Positions 55,173-64,000 of a stretch of 64,000 nucleotides of DNA are shown piece by piece. Made by a program: the position numbers and the translations under genes. Position 1 is the stretch's first letter; each line of letters starts with the position of its first letter. The notes under the pieces were generated by a model that ran no database searches, was not told the origin of the DNA, and saw nothing but the letters and a program-made list of their open reading frames with translations. Source of the stretch: an uncultured Hyphomicrobiales bacterium (GTDB lineage Bacteria > Bacteroidota > Ignavibacteria > Kapaibacteriales > UBA7675); the NCBI GenBank assembly GCA_964445695.1, contig CAYULF010000004.1, forward strand, positions 137,880 through 201,879, in the 5' to 3' direction.

Positions 55173-56273
55173 TCAAGATTCGGAGGCCAACAACAGTTCA
55201 ACATCTCTGTCAATCTTTGCCGGCGTTTGAACGACCATTCGTTTCTGTTTAATCTCTCCGTCGTAAGCGTAATACGTCAGCGGCGAGCTGCTCAGCACGC
55301 GTTTGCCGCCAAAAAAACGCTCGGCAAGCTGCACGTCTTCAAAAAGAAGAAAAACGAACATCACCTTGTCGCGCAATTGCGGGCGTTCCAGAGCGTAGGT
55401 TAAATACACTCTGGCATTGACGTGATCAACAGTGCTCCACATTGAAACCGTAATCACAACGCAGGCTTTTGATGCAAACCGCTTGTCCGTAATTTGCTCG
55501 CCCTGCCTGGCGATGACAATGTTTTCCGGAACAAGTGAATTAACCTCATAGGTTGGCTCAGCTCCGGACGAATCGGAATTTATCAATCGGAAAACTGCGC
55601 CATACTCCCTGCCTATCCACCTGTTCGGCGCAGTCATGTTAAACTGTTGAGCGCGGTTGGCAAACAGGTCCGTCAGAGCAATTCGCACAGTATCGTCGGT
55701 CGAACCTGCACTTCGAAGCGTAGAAACGGCCAATTCCGGATCAAGTATCTGCAGCTTGTGTTTAAACTTTGCTATTGCGTCAAATGCAAGGCCGTACATT
55801 CGGCAGGTTTTGGTCGTATCTTCATAGCTGATTCTGATGCGTACAACATTCCGTTTTCGTCCGATCATGGAAAACTCAAACGCATCGATGTCATCAACTG
55901 AAATTGTGCGTCCATTTGTCATGCCCCACATGTTCAGAATGCGCAGCTCTGCAACGTTCAATTCCAGAAAGAACATCTGTCGTCGAAAATAGAAGAAGTT
56001 TAAACAGAACGAGACCAGACCTAACGGCAGAATCGTCGCCATGCCGGCGGAGCCAATCAAAATCCCCCCTGTAAAGACTGCGAACACCACCAGTGGAAAC
56101 ACCAACAGATAGCGTGGGTTCACCTCGCCCGCCAGCACGATGTTTTCCCACTTTTTTGTCTTGTTCTTTCGCCCAAATAGTCTGCTCAAACTCCACATTG
56201 AATTTGCGCTTACGTCCTTTTCATTCACTGATTCATGACTCCCGCGCCGTTGCCGCTGCGCTCCTCGTTGCAC
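55173..56273 (-). CDS. Membrane protein with a TM hairpin, a bacterial PH (bPH)-like domain and a C-terminal redox-inactive thioredoxin-like domain.
   Basis: Two TM segments (YLLVFPLVVFAVFTGGILIG, TILPLGLVSFCLNFFYF) followed by a bPH-like stretch. C-terminal VVITVSMWSTVDHVNA ... SPLTYYAYDGEIKQKRM parallels the 53616..54170 protein. The start may be an internal Met near 56198. Confidence 0.5.
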   Translation of the reverse strand: MQRGAQRQRRGSHESVNEKDVSANSMWSLSRLFGRKNKTKKWENIVLAGEVNPRYLLVFPLVVFAVFTGGILIGSAGMATILPLGLVSFCLNFFYFRRQMFFLELNVAELRILNMWGMTNGRTISVDDIDAFEFSMIGRKRNVVRIRISYEDTTKTCRMYGLAFDAIAKFKHKLQILDPELAVSTLRSAGSTDDTVRIALTDLFANRAQQFNMTAPNRWIGREYGAVFRLINSDSSGAEPTYEVNSLVPENIVIARQGEQITDKRFASKACVVITVSMWSTVDHVNARVYLTYALERPQLRDKVMFVFLLFEDVQLAERFFGGKRVLSSSPLTYYAYDGEIKQKRMVVQTPAKIDRDVELLLASES

Positions 56274-56903
56274 TCGCAGACTTGCTGCCGGCTTCCCGAT
56301 TCTCTTGTTTGTCGTCGCGCCTCAAACCCGAAGTCTCTGAGTCCGCCGACTGCATGCAAACTCGACAGCTGCAAGGCTGCGAACAGTCCTCAAACCCGCG
56401 AGCTGAAAACTCAAGACCAACCCGGAGACTCGAGACTTCGCTCCGCGTGACGAACAAAAAAGTCAGGGAACAAGAGATGCCAACGGCAGCTCGAAGTGCT
56501 CAGGCCGCCAATATACATTCACACGCCGGTCCCGCACGTCAAAATGCAGCGCAAAAGAGTGCCCCGCCGGCGGCAAATGTGGCGTAGACAAGCCGAGCCG
56601 ATCTGCCCGACAGCTCAGTCAAAAGGCAGATATCCAGCTCAGATTGAGGTCTTTCAACCTAAAAAACAGCCGAAAACGGGTCAAAACTACCCAAAGCGTG
56701 CGGAAATCGCAGACCGCCGAAGCGCGCGTTGTGAATCATGTTGCGCAGCAGTATATTTGGTCGGTTTCTCGTTTTGGCTGCAGTCGTATTTTTTATCTGA
56801 CTCAATCAGTTTGGGTCGGCGCCTCAGAGCGCCCAAAGTTCAATTGCCGAACGCCAGGTTCGCGTTCGCGACCAGTTTCAGCTTGATTCCTGCCAGTGAG
56901 CCG

Positions 56904-58880
56904 ATGAGTGAAGTACGTGAAGAAGTCCGGACCGGCGCAAGTCGATCCGTAGAAGAGGAGCAGGTAAGGCAGCTCAACCGCAATGCCCGCAAATTGACCA
57001 AAGGCAATCCCGAGCTGGCGGAGTCGCAGGCGCGTGCCGCCCAGAAGCTGGCGCGGCGCCTGGGCATGACCCACGAGCTGGCCTACGCGCACAACGTGAT
57101 CGGAATAATCCGACTCGCGAAGTCCGACGCGGCCGGAGCGCACGAAGAAGCCGATGCCGCGCTCAAAATCAGCCGCATCACGCAGGACACGCGCAATATC
57201 TGGACGGCGCTCAAGATCCGCGGCCGCGCCGCCACCATGACAGGCGACTACCAGACGGCGTTGGAAGCGCTGCTGGAAAACCAGTCCATCCAGGAACGCA
57301 CCGGCAACAAGGACGAGCTGTCAAAGGTGCTGATGGACCTGAGCCGCGTCTACACACTGCTGGAGGCATTTTCCAGCGCGCTCGACTGCTGCCTCAAAAG
57401 TCTGACGATACGCCGCCAGCTGGGCAACCGCACCGACATCTCTCTGGCGCTGAACAACCTGGGGCTGATCTGCTCTGAAATCGGCGACCACGGCCAGGCG
57501 CTGGAGTACTTTCTGGAATCGACTGAACTGCAAAAAGTCCCGCCTGGCGATCCATTTATCTGCGGCACCGAGAACAACATTTCACGCGCTTATCAGGCGC
57601 TCGGCGAACTAGACGCCGCACTCCTCTTTGCTCAGCGCAGCCTCAAAAAATCGCGCGAAACCGGCAACAAATACGTGGAATCGCTCGCTCTGCGCAGTTT
57701 CGGCGAAATCTGCATGGAACGCAACCTGCGGGACGACGCGCTGCGCTACTTTGATATGAGCCTCGGACTCTGCCGCATCATCGGCGACAAACACGGCGCG
57801 GCGCAGACCCTGCACTCGATGGCCGTCGTCAACCTGGAGCTGCAGCGAATCGACAAGGCTGAGGCGCGCCTGGATGAACTGGACGAACTCGTCAAAGAAC
57901 TGGGCCTGAAAAAGCTGGGTTTTGAGCTGGAATACACCTGCTCGCAGATCCATGCGCAGCGCGGCGAGTACGAAGAGGCCTGGCGGCGCCTCGACAAACA
58001 CCACAAGCTGAAAGAAACGTATTACGACAGCCGCGAACAGAAACGCCTGCGCGACATTCTCGTGCTGCGCCAGGTGGAAAGCTGGAGCAAACGCGTCGAA
58101 AATTACCGCCGCCACGTCGATGAGCTGGCCACCCTCAACGAACGCCTGCAGGAGTTAAACGAGGAAAAAAGCGAGTTCCTGGGCATCGCCGCCCACGATC
58201 TGAAAAACCCGCTCAGCGGCATCATGATGACGGCCGAGGTGCTCATCCACCAGTTCGAACGCCTGGACGAATGCGGTATTAAACAACGCGCGGAAGTCAT
58301 CTACAATGCGGCGATGCGCATGAGCGATATTATCGGCAGCCTGCTCGATATCAACGCCATCGAGTCCGGCACCATGCAGGTTAACAATTTCACCTTCCCG
58401 CTGGAACCCGTGCTGCGCGACCTGGTGCACAGCTGGGAAGAACGCGCACAGCACAAAGGCATTTCAATTGCCACGTCGATTAACCCGGCCACAATTGACG
58501 TGCGCGCCGACCGCGACATGCTGCATCGCGTGCTCGACAATCTGCTGTCCAATGCCATCAAGTTTTCACAACCCGACACCCAGGTGCGAATCTGCGCGAC
58601 CGTCCCCGAGGGGAACGGCGTGCGCATCACCGTCGCGGACCAGGGACCGGGATTGACGGACGGCGACCACAAACGCATGTTTACAAAATTTGGACGTTTG
58701 AGCGCCCGGCCTACGGCCAATGAGCACAGCACCGGGCTCGGGCTGTCCATAGTTAAAAAACTGCTGGAAATGATGGGCGGGACCGTACACTGTGAAAGCA
58801 CGCACGGACAAGGCAGCAGTTTTATCGTGGACCTCCCCGGAGGTTCCGCAAGTGCGGGACGGCCACAACGCGGTCACTGA
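56904..58880 (+). CDS. Sensor histidine kinase with N-terminal TPR repeats (no TM segment, no receiver).
   Basis: H-box LGIAAHDLKNPLSGI. ATP-lid DQGPGLTDGDHKRMFTKFGR...GLGLSIVKKLLEMMGG. TPR-like repeats upstream. The ORF opens at 56496 but the ATG at 56904 (MSEVREE...) is the likelier start. Confidence 0.75.
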   Translation: MSEVREEVRTGASRSVEEEQVRQLNRNARKLTKGNPELAESQARAAQKLARRLGMTHELAYAHNVIGIIRLAKSDAAGAHEEADAALKISRITQDTRNIWTALKIRGRAATMTGDYQTALEALLENQSIQERTGNKDELSKVLMDLSRVYTLLEAFSSALDCCLKSLTIRRQLGNRTDISLALNNLGLICSEIGDHGQALEYFLESTELQKVPPGDPFICGTENNISRAYQALGELDAALLFAQRSLKKSRETGNKYVESLALRSFGEICMERNLRDDALRYFDMSLGLCRIIGDKHGAAQTLHSMAVVNLELQRIDKAEARLDELDELVKELGLKKLGFELEYTCSQIHAQRGEYEEAWRRLDKHHKLKETYYDSREQKRLRDILVLRQVESWSKRVENYRRHVDELATLNERLQELNEEKSEFLGIAAHDLKNPLSGIMMTAEVLIHQFERLDECGIKQRAEVIYNAAMRMSDIIGSLLDINAIESGTMQVNNFTFPLEPVLRDLVHSWEERAQHKGISIATSINPATIDVRADRDMLHRVLDNLLSNAIKFSQPDTQVRICATVPEGNGVRITVADQGPGLTDGDHKRMFTKFGRLSARPTANEHSTGLGLSIVKKLLEMMGGTVHCESTHGQGSSFIVDLPGGSASAGRPQRGH

Positions 58881-59204
58881 TTAAACAGACAGAAGTTTTA
58901 ACCATAAATTCACCAGACCGCAGCGGTTGAGTCGGAGAGTTTCAGTCGGGATCCAATACGGCCAGAGTCAAGTCGATCAATTCCTCGATTGAAGCGCGAT
59001 CGCGGTTGTAGCGCATTTTAACGCGAAATCCGGAAATGCAATTCATCAGATATTTGGCCATACTCGGCGGAGCCACGCGCGCGCTTGAAACGCGGAGCAA
59101 ATAGACAGTCGTTGAGACTTCGGGCCTGAAACCCGGCGACGAACAAGACGGATTGGAGGAAAAACTGCCGCAGGCAGGTTTTGAGGCTGTTGTGAAAGGT
59201 ATAG

Positions 59205-59290
59205 GGAAATCACCTAGCATGATGTAAGGAATTCACCTAGTCGTTTTTAAGGCTTTCCCCTAGCCAGAATTAGGGAAATCTCCGATTGTG
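59205..59290. promoter_or_regulatory. Array of four imperfect ~17-nt direct repeats (AGGGAAATCACCTAGC-like) spaced ~21 nt apart.
   Basis: agggaaatcacctagc / aaggaattcacctagtc / aaggctttcccctagcc / tagggaaatctccgatt. Confidence 0.4.
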
Positions 59291-59755
59291 CAGGCGCGGT
59301 TTAAATCCTAATTTGGGCCCAGCAAACGACGCAAGTTTTCACTGCCCTTTGTTAACCACGTCTACTACGTGATGCCGCACCCTGGGAAAACAATGAGAAT
59401 TTTCCACAACCTGCGATGTTGTAGTTTCTGTTAATTTCCGGTCGATCTTTCATCCGGTCGATCCGGCAGAAATAACGCACCGCCGCTCGGACAACGCCTG
59501 CTCCGCGCACCAAGGCTCAGGAGCAGCGCTCCCGACGGAATTATCCCATTTGACGTAATTGCCATGTCCGTTGCCGCCAACGGACGCCATACTGCCACGC
59601 GCCCGTTAAACGGCGCATTAAACATATCCGCTCCATCGCCGGACGCAAAAGTGCGCCCGCAGACTTGATATGCTCTTACTTAAACAAACCAGCATGCATT
59701 TCCATGCATGTATACATTTTTCACATACCCATTCACTATAATGGAGGTTAAGATC

Positions 59756-61549
59756 ATGCAGAAGAATCGCGTGATCCTGGCAGCTCTTGCTCTGAGCTGC
59801 CTTGCACTGATTGGAAGCGAGCAGGCCATGTCCCAGCAATACTGGGAGCGCGGCGCGGGTGAACGCCTGCTTGAAAATGCGCATAAAGTTGTAAGCTCGG
59901 ACGCCTTCCAGTGCGGTCCGGTAGCCATCGGCGGCACCAAGTCCTACGGCCAGGCCAACGTCTCCAATCCGCCCAATGTCTACGTCACCGCATGGTCGCC
60001 CGACGGCATCCTGCAACGCGACTACGTGTTTGACGCGCAGTCCTGGGACGTCGACTATTCAATCGTGGCGCTTAACTCCGAGTTCTCCGAGCCCGGATTT
60101 GTCTGGACGACCGGCGTGTTAAACCCGACGACAGGCTCCTACGACCTGGCCGTGGTGCGTTTTGACCTCTTCGGCAGCATCGTCTGGTCGACGGCGCTGG
60201 GCGGCCTGGCACCTGACGCCGGTACGTCGGTCATCCAACTGACGGCCGACTTCAACGGCGATATTGTCGTGGCCGGTATGACGGAGAGTTACGGCAACGG
60301 CACGACGCGCGACGGCGTGCTGGCACGCCTGGACCAAAACACCGGAACCATTATCTGGGCCTTTGCCTACGGCGGTGCGCAGAACGACGAACTCTACGCT
60401 GTTAAACAGGATGTTGTCGGGTTTAATGACTTCACTCTGTACGCCGTCGGCCAATCCAACAGTTTTAACACGCAGGGCCACGACGACGCCTGGATGATCA
60501 ACGTCGATGCCAACACCGGTGCGTTTAACTTCGGCTGGGTCTACGGCAACCTTGCCAACGACCGCGCCTACAATCTCATCCTGCACTCCGAAGATCCGCA
60601 ACTGGGCGAATCCGTCACGATCGTCGGTGAAACCTATTCATTCTCCACGCAGAACTCCGACGCCTATGTGATTCGCACCGACGCATTCGGCGCGCCCGCA
60701 TGGCAACGCGCCTTTGATCTCTGGGGCGCCGCCGGCTGGGAAACCGCCTATGACGTCGCCGAAAGCGTGCAGTACGGCCCCGGTAATGTGGTCGTCGTCG
60801 GCCAGAGCAGCAACAGCGCCAATGCTCCGCGCGGCGAAGGTTTCGGTCTTGAAATCGACTTCGGCGGCAATCTGCAAAGCGCCAACCGCGTGTACGGCGG
60901 CAGCGACTATGAAACGATTCGCTCAATCGCTCAGAAGAATCCCGACGTCGCCGAACCCGGCTACTGGATGGCCGGCCAGACGCAGAGCTTCGGCCTCGGC
61001 GCGGGCGACCAGTACATTCTCTCGACGGACTTCAACCTGGCCACGGGTTTTGACACGGCGGGCAACGAGTGCGCCCCCGAGATAGAAGTCGGCGAAGTCG
61101 ACGCCTTCGGCGAGCTCGAAATCAGAGTCGATCCCCTTACAGTTAAACCCGTCGAGTTTACTCTCCCCGACGCCACGGAAGCCGGCAAATACGTTGAAAT
61201 CTGCAATGAGGAAGGTTTCTTCGGCATGGTGGATGAAAACTCCGGCGGCAGCGCCATCAGCCGTTCCGGCGCGGCCGCCCCGATGACGGGCAGCAACATC
61301 CAGGTACAGGCGCATCCTAATCCGATCCAGATCGGCACGCCGCTGACGGTGGAAGTCAACTCCAGCCGGAACGAAAAACTGATGGTCGTGATCTCCGACC
61401 TGATGGGCCGCACGCTGGCGCGCAAAGTCGTAACGCCCGGTTCCGGTGCTGTGAACTTCGCCACGGAATACTGGACGGCGGGCGCATACACCATTTCAGT
61501 CGGCAGCGGTGAAAACATGCAAACCAGCCAGGTCATCCTGCACGACTGA
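59756..61549 (+). CDS. Secreted repeat (beta-propeller-like) protein with a T9SS C-terminal sorting domain.
   Basis: RBS GGAGG 8 nt upstream of the ATG at 59756. Signal peptide MQKNRVILAALALSCLALIGSEQAMSQ. Repeated ...YGG...DEL.. units. C-terminus ...ISDLMGRTLA...AGAYTISV...VILHD. Confidence 0.65.
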   Translation: MQKNRVILAALALSCLALIGSEQAMSQQYWERGAGERLLENAHKVVSSDAFQCGPVAIGGTKSYGQANVSNPPNVYVTAWSPDGILQRDYVFDAQSWDVDYSIVALNSEFSEPGFVWTTGVLNPTTGSYDLAVVRFDLFGSIVWSTALGGLAPDAGTSVIQLTADFNGDIVVAGMTESYGNGTTRDGVLARLDQNTGTIIWAFAYGGAQNDELYAVKQDVVGFNDFTLYAVGQSNSFNTQGHDDAWMINVDANTGAFNFGWVYGNLANDRAYNLILHSEDPQLGESVTIVGETYSFSTQNSDAYVIRTDAFGAPAWQRAFDLWGAAGWETAYDVAESVQYGPGNVVVVGQSSNSANAPRGEGFGLEIDFGGNLQSANRVYGGSDYETIRSIAQKNPDVAEPGYWMAGQTQSFGLGAGDQYILSTDFNLATGFDTAGNECAPEIEVGEVDAFGELEIRVDPLTVKPVEFTLPDATEAGKYVEICNEEGFFGMVDENSGGSAISRSGAAAPMTGSNIQVQAHPNPIQIGTPLTVEVNSSRNEKLMVVISDLMGRTLARKVVTPGSGAVNFATEYWTAGAYTISVGSGENMQTSQVILHD

Positions 61550-61623
61550 ACCTGTTTAACCACACATTGACATTACCAACAATCATTATTTAACAACTGA
61601 AACACAAACACAGAGTGTTAACA

Positions 61624-63126
61624 ATGAAGACTAAACTCAATACATTCAAAAACCTGTGCCTCGCGGCCGGTTCTTTTTTAACTGCTGCGATCCTGATTGC
61701 GCCGACGGCTTCCGCGCAACCGTGGGAACGCGCCATCGGCGACGCTCAGCAGGAAAACACCTTCGACATTAAGACCAGCGATCAGTTCGGCGGCGCTATT
61801 CAGATCGGCGGCACGTGGACCTACGGCGCTACCTTCAGCCCCAACCCGCCGAACGTCTACGTCAGCCAGATCACGAACAACGGCAACATCGCCCAGGGTA
61901 TGGTTTTTGAAGCCAACGGCTGGGACGTGGACGCCGACGTGGTTGAATACGAAGACCAGATTATCTGGACGACCGGCGTGTTTAACTCGCTGACGGGCAG
62001 CTACGACATCGCGGTTGTTTCCGCGGACCAGGGCGGCGGCATTCTCTGGACCGTATGGTTCGGCGGCTTCCAGCGCGACGGCTCCACAAGCATCATCGCC
62101 ACGGAAGACGGCCAGATCATCGTGGCCGGTTATGTCGAGAGCAACACCTTCGGCGGCCGCGACGGATTCCTGGCCAGCATCGACAACGGCGGCGGCGTGA
62201 ACTGGGCATTCAACTACGGCAGCACGGGCAACGACGAATTGTGGTCCGTCATTGAATCGATTGACGGCAGCGGTGACATCTACGCAATCGGTTACTCCGA
62301 CGGTCCCGGTTCGGCCGGCGGTGACGACGTCTGGCTGCTTGCGGTGGACAACGCCGGCGGTATCGCTTACTCCAACCTCTACGGCGGCCCGGCCAACGAT
62401 CGCGGCTTCGACATCGTGATGAACGACGCCGTCTGCGATCCCGAGCTCACCCTCACGCTCGTCGGTGAAACCTGGAGCTTCGGCGGCCAGCGCAACGACA
62501 TCTTTGTCATCCGCACGCTGCCGGGCGCCGGCAACGCACCGCAGTGGCAGTTCGCCTACGAGATTTTCACGGCCGGCAGCTGGGACGTCGGTTACGGCAT
62601 CACGGACGCGCTCAACACGAACTTCTCGAACGTGGTCATCAGCGGCCAGACCAACTCGCTGGCCGGCGCGGCCGTCCTCGGCGAAGGGTTTGCGTTTGAG
62701 CTGGGTCCCAACGGCGGCAACCCGATCTGGACGCGCACCTATGGCGGCGGTCAGTACGAAACCCTACGCGGACTTGACACGCGCAGCGGCGGCTACTTTA
62801 CGGCGGGCCAGACGTTGTCATACGGCTCCGGCGGCGGCGATCAGTACGTCCTGGCGCTCGACGCCATCGGCGGCACGGGCACGCGTTTCGGCACGGCATG
62901 CGCCACGCAGCAATTCCCGAACTTCGTTTCGGTGGACGTCATGACGGAACTCGAAACGCAGCAGCAGGACTATCCGCAGATCGAAGGCATCGATCCTGTC
63001 GTCAGCTTTGAAGGCGATCTGACGGAAATCTGTACGCCCGGCCTGGCGCCTCCCCCGCCGTTCGAGAATCCGATTCAGCTGGAGCGCACCTACGAACAAA
63101 ACCCCGCTAACGACGGCACGAATTAA
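61624..63126 (+). CDS. Secreted repeat protein, paralog of 59756..61549, lacking the T9SS CTD.
   Basis: Signal peptide MKTKLNTFKNLCLAAGSFLTAAILIAPTASAQ. Collinear similarity to the upstream gene (WERA.GD..., FNYGSTGNDELWSV...). Ends in a Pro-rich tail. Confidence 0.6.
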   Translation: MKTKLNTFKNLCLAAGSFLTAAILIAPTASAQPWERAIGDAQQENTFDIKTSDQFGGAIQIGGTWTYGATFSPNPPNVYVSQITNNGNIAQGMVFEANGWDVDADVVEYEDQIIWTTGVFNSLTGSYDIAVVSADQGGGILWTVWFGGFQRDGSTSIIATEDGQIIVAGYVESNTFGGRDGFLASIDNGGGVNWAFNYGSTGNDELWSVIESIDGSGDIYAIGYSDGPGSAGGDDVWLLAVDNAGGIAYSNLYGGPANDRGFDIVMNDAVCDPELTLTLVGETWSFGGQRNDIFVIRTLPGAGNAPQWQFAYEIFTAGSWDVGYGITDALNTNFSNVVISGQTNSLAGAAVLGEGFAFELGPNGGNPIWTRTYGGGQYETLRGLDTRSGGYFTAGQTLSYGSGGGDQYVLALDAIGGTGTRFGTACATQQFPNFVSVDVMTELETQQQDYPQIEGIDPVVSFEGDLTEICTPGLAPPPPFENPIQLERTYEQNPANDGTN

Positions 63127-63164
63127 CATTCACGCCGTCAACTGGTCAAATGACCTCTGACTAT

Positions 63165-63201
63165 GGGCCTCGTCGTTTTTGCGGCGGGGCCCTTTTTGTT
63201 T
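63165..63201 (+). terminator. Rho-independent terminator.
   Basis: GGGCCTCG...CGGGGCCC imperfect hairpin followed by TTTTTGTTT. Confidence 0.5.
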
Positions 63202-63410
63202 AACTCTGTGTTTTGGACTGAAGGCGCATCGCTGAATATTGTGGGGCATCTCACGTGCGGGCTGACCGCCGCGCCGTCACTCTGGGAGTTCCGGCTTGCT
63301 CTCTATGACTTTCCTGTTTATCGGCGGGTGCCACGTCCGGAACCGTCAAGTCCGTCGCCAAGCCGCAGCGCAAAACATTAACCAACCAGTCTTGCAGTAG
63401 CGGAACGCTT

Positions 63411-63836
63411 TCAGTCCTGGATGATCAGATACATTCCGCAGAGAGAATCCTGGTCCAGATACACCATCCAGTCGACCGAAGCAAAGCGGTCCAGCACCAG
63501 CGGCTCGTGATCGGGACGCATGATAAGAAGAGTGTCGTAGACAAAATCTCTCTCGTCGACAACATTCAGAGCCGTTCCGATCGGCAGAATCGCGCCGGGT
63601 GGTAAAATCAGCGCGGAGTCGGCCGTCATGTCGAATGAATGAAAAGTGTCGACCGAATCAACGGCAATCAGCTTCCCGAAGCTCTTGCGATCACTCCGAA
63701 CGTGAATGTCGTTGTTGGTCCAGTTAATCAGAAACTCTTTGAACAAGATTGAGCAGGAAGAGAGTGTAAGCACGGTAATCACCGCTGTGGCGAGCAGCGG
63801 CAATCGAATGCCCGCATGTTGCATGTTGATGTTCAT
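63411..63836 (-). CDS. Hypothetical lipoprotein (~141 aa).
   Basis: Start MNINMQHAGIRLPLLATAVITVLTLSSC has a lipobox. The longer ORF to 63971 would run through the REP element. Confidence 0.5.
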   Translation of the reverse strand: MNINMQHAGIRLPLLATAVITVLTLSSCSILFKEFLINWTNNDIHVRSDRKSFGKLIAVDSVDTFHSFDMTADSALILPPGAILPIGTALNVVDERDFVYDTLLIMRPDHEPLVLDRFASVDWMVYLDQDSLCGMYLIIQD

Positions 63837-63898
63837 AGTGTGTGTCTTGGTCAGATAGTAACCTGCCGGGAACCGGAGTTTGAGGCCGGAAGCCTCAA

Positions 63899-63945
63899 AA
63901 TACGTAAAACTACGTAGGAGCTGTGAGCCCTTAGGGCTCACAGCT
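63899..63945. repeat. REP-like palindromic element, copy 3.
   Basis: AATACGTAAAACTACGTAGGAGCTGTGAGCCCTTAGGGCTCACAGCT. Confidence 0.8.
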
Positions 63946-64000
63946 AAGAAACTCGCATCGGAACGAACCAACTTTTGACATTTGTATCTGCGCTCGCCGG

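Noticed and set aside
56496-56903. N-terminal 136 codons of the ORF-track histidine kinase (MLRPPIYIHTPVPHV...).
   Set aside because: Basic, low-complexity translation. A good ATG (MSEVREE) at 56904 precedes the TPR region, so the upstream part is likely untranslated leader.
58942-59220. 92-aa minus-strand ORF. The only plausible part is MAKYLMNCISGFRVKMRYNRDRASIEELIDLTLAVLDPD, from 59061.
   Set aside because: Too short, and no recognisable domain. It might be a remnant or small protein, and is mentioned in the findings, but it is not supportable as a gene call.

Overview
This window is a high-GC bacterial chromosomal segment carrying several proteins with type IX secretion (T9SS) C-terminal sorting domains, which suggests a member of the Bacteroidota/FCB superphylum. 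Most genes run on the minus strand in long co-directional runs.

Content from left to right:
- An edge-truncated c-type cytochrome gene (1..947, minus strand) that the ORF track misses.
- A lower-GC hypothetical gene.
- A plus-strand operon: SSF sodium:solute symporter, GNAT acetyltransferase, M20 amidohydrolase, alanine racemase, and a second racemase-fold enzyme.
- An imelysin-like lipoprotein and two DinB-family genes.
- Giant T9SS cargo gene A (2778 aa; FG-GAP propellers, cadherin-like repeats, lactonase-type propeller, T9SS CTD).
- Two tandem TPR+LuxR-HTH regulators.
- A five-gene, translationally coupled operon built around a RavA-like MoxR AAA+ ATPase and a vWA-like protein, with three large uncharacterised proteins. 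This is the best candidate for an undescribed system.
- Giant cargo gene B (2952 aa, a paralog of A) and giant cargo gene C (1814 aa; parallel beta-helix N-terminus with the same C-terminal cassette).
- A membrane protein and a helical-repeat protein.
- A BNR/Ycf48-like T9SS cargo protein.
- A lower-GC three-gene island encoding redox-inactive thioredoxin-fold proteins.
- A TPR sensor histidine kinase.
- Two paralogous secreted proteins and a lipoprotein.

Non-coding structure is rich:
- A ~300-nt element downstream of both giant paralogs is more conserved than their coding sequence.
- A dispersed ~60-nt motif occurs six times in the same orientation.
- A REP-like palindrome occurs three times.
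- A 14-bp tandem repeat lies in one intergenic region.
- A near-perfect 318-bp direct duplication sits inside gene B.
- Several intrinsic terminators are visible.

No rRNA, tRNA or CRISPR array was recognised. Coordinates of non-ORF elements were located by eye and may be off by a few nucleotides.
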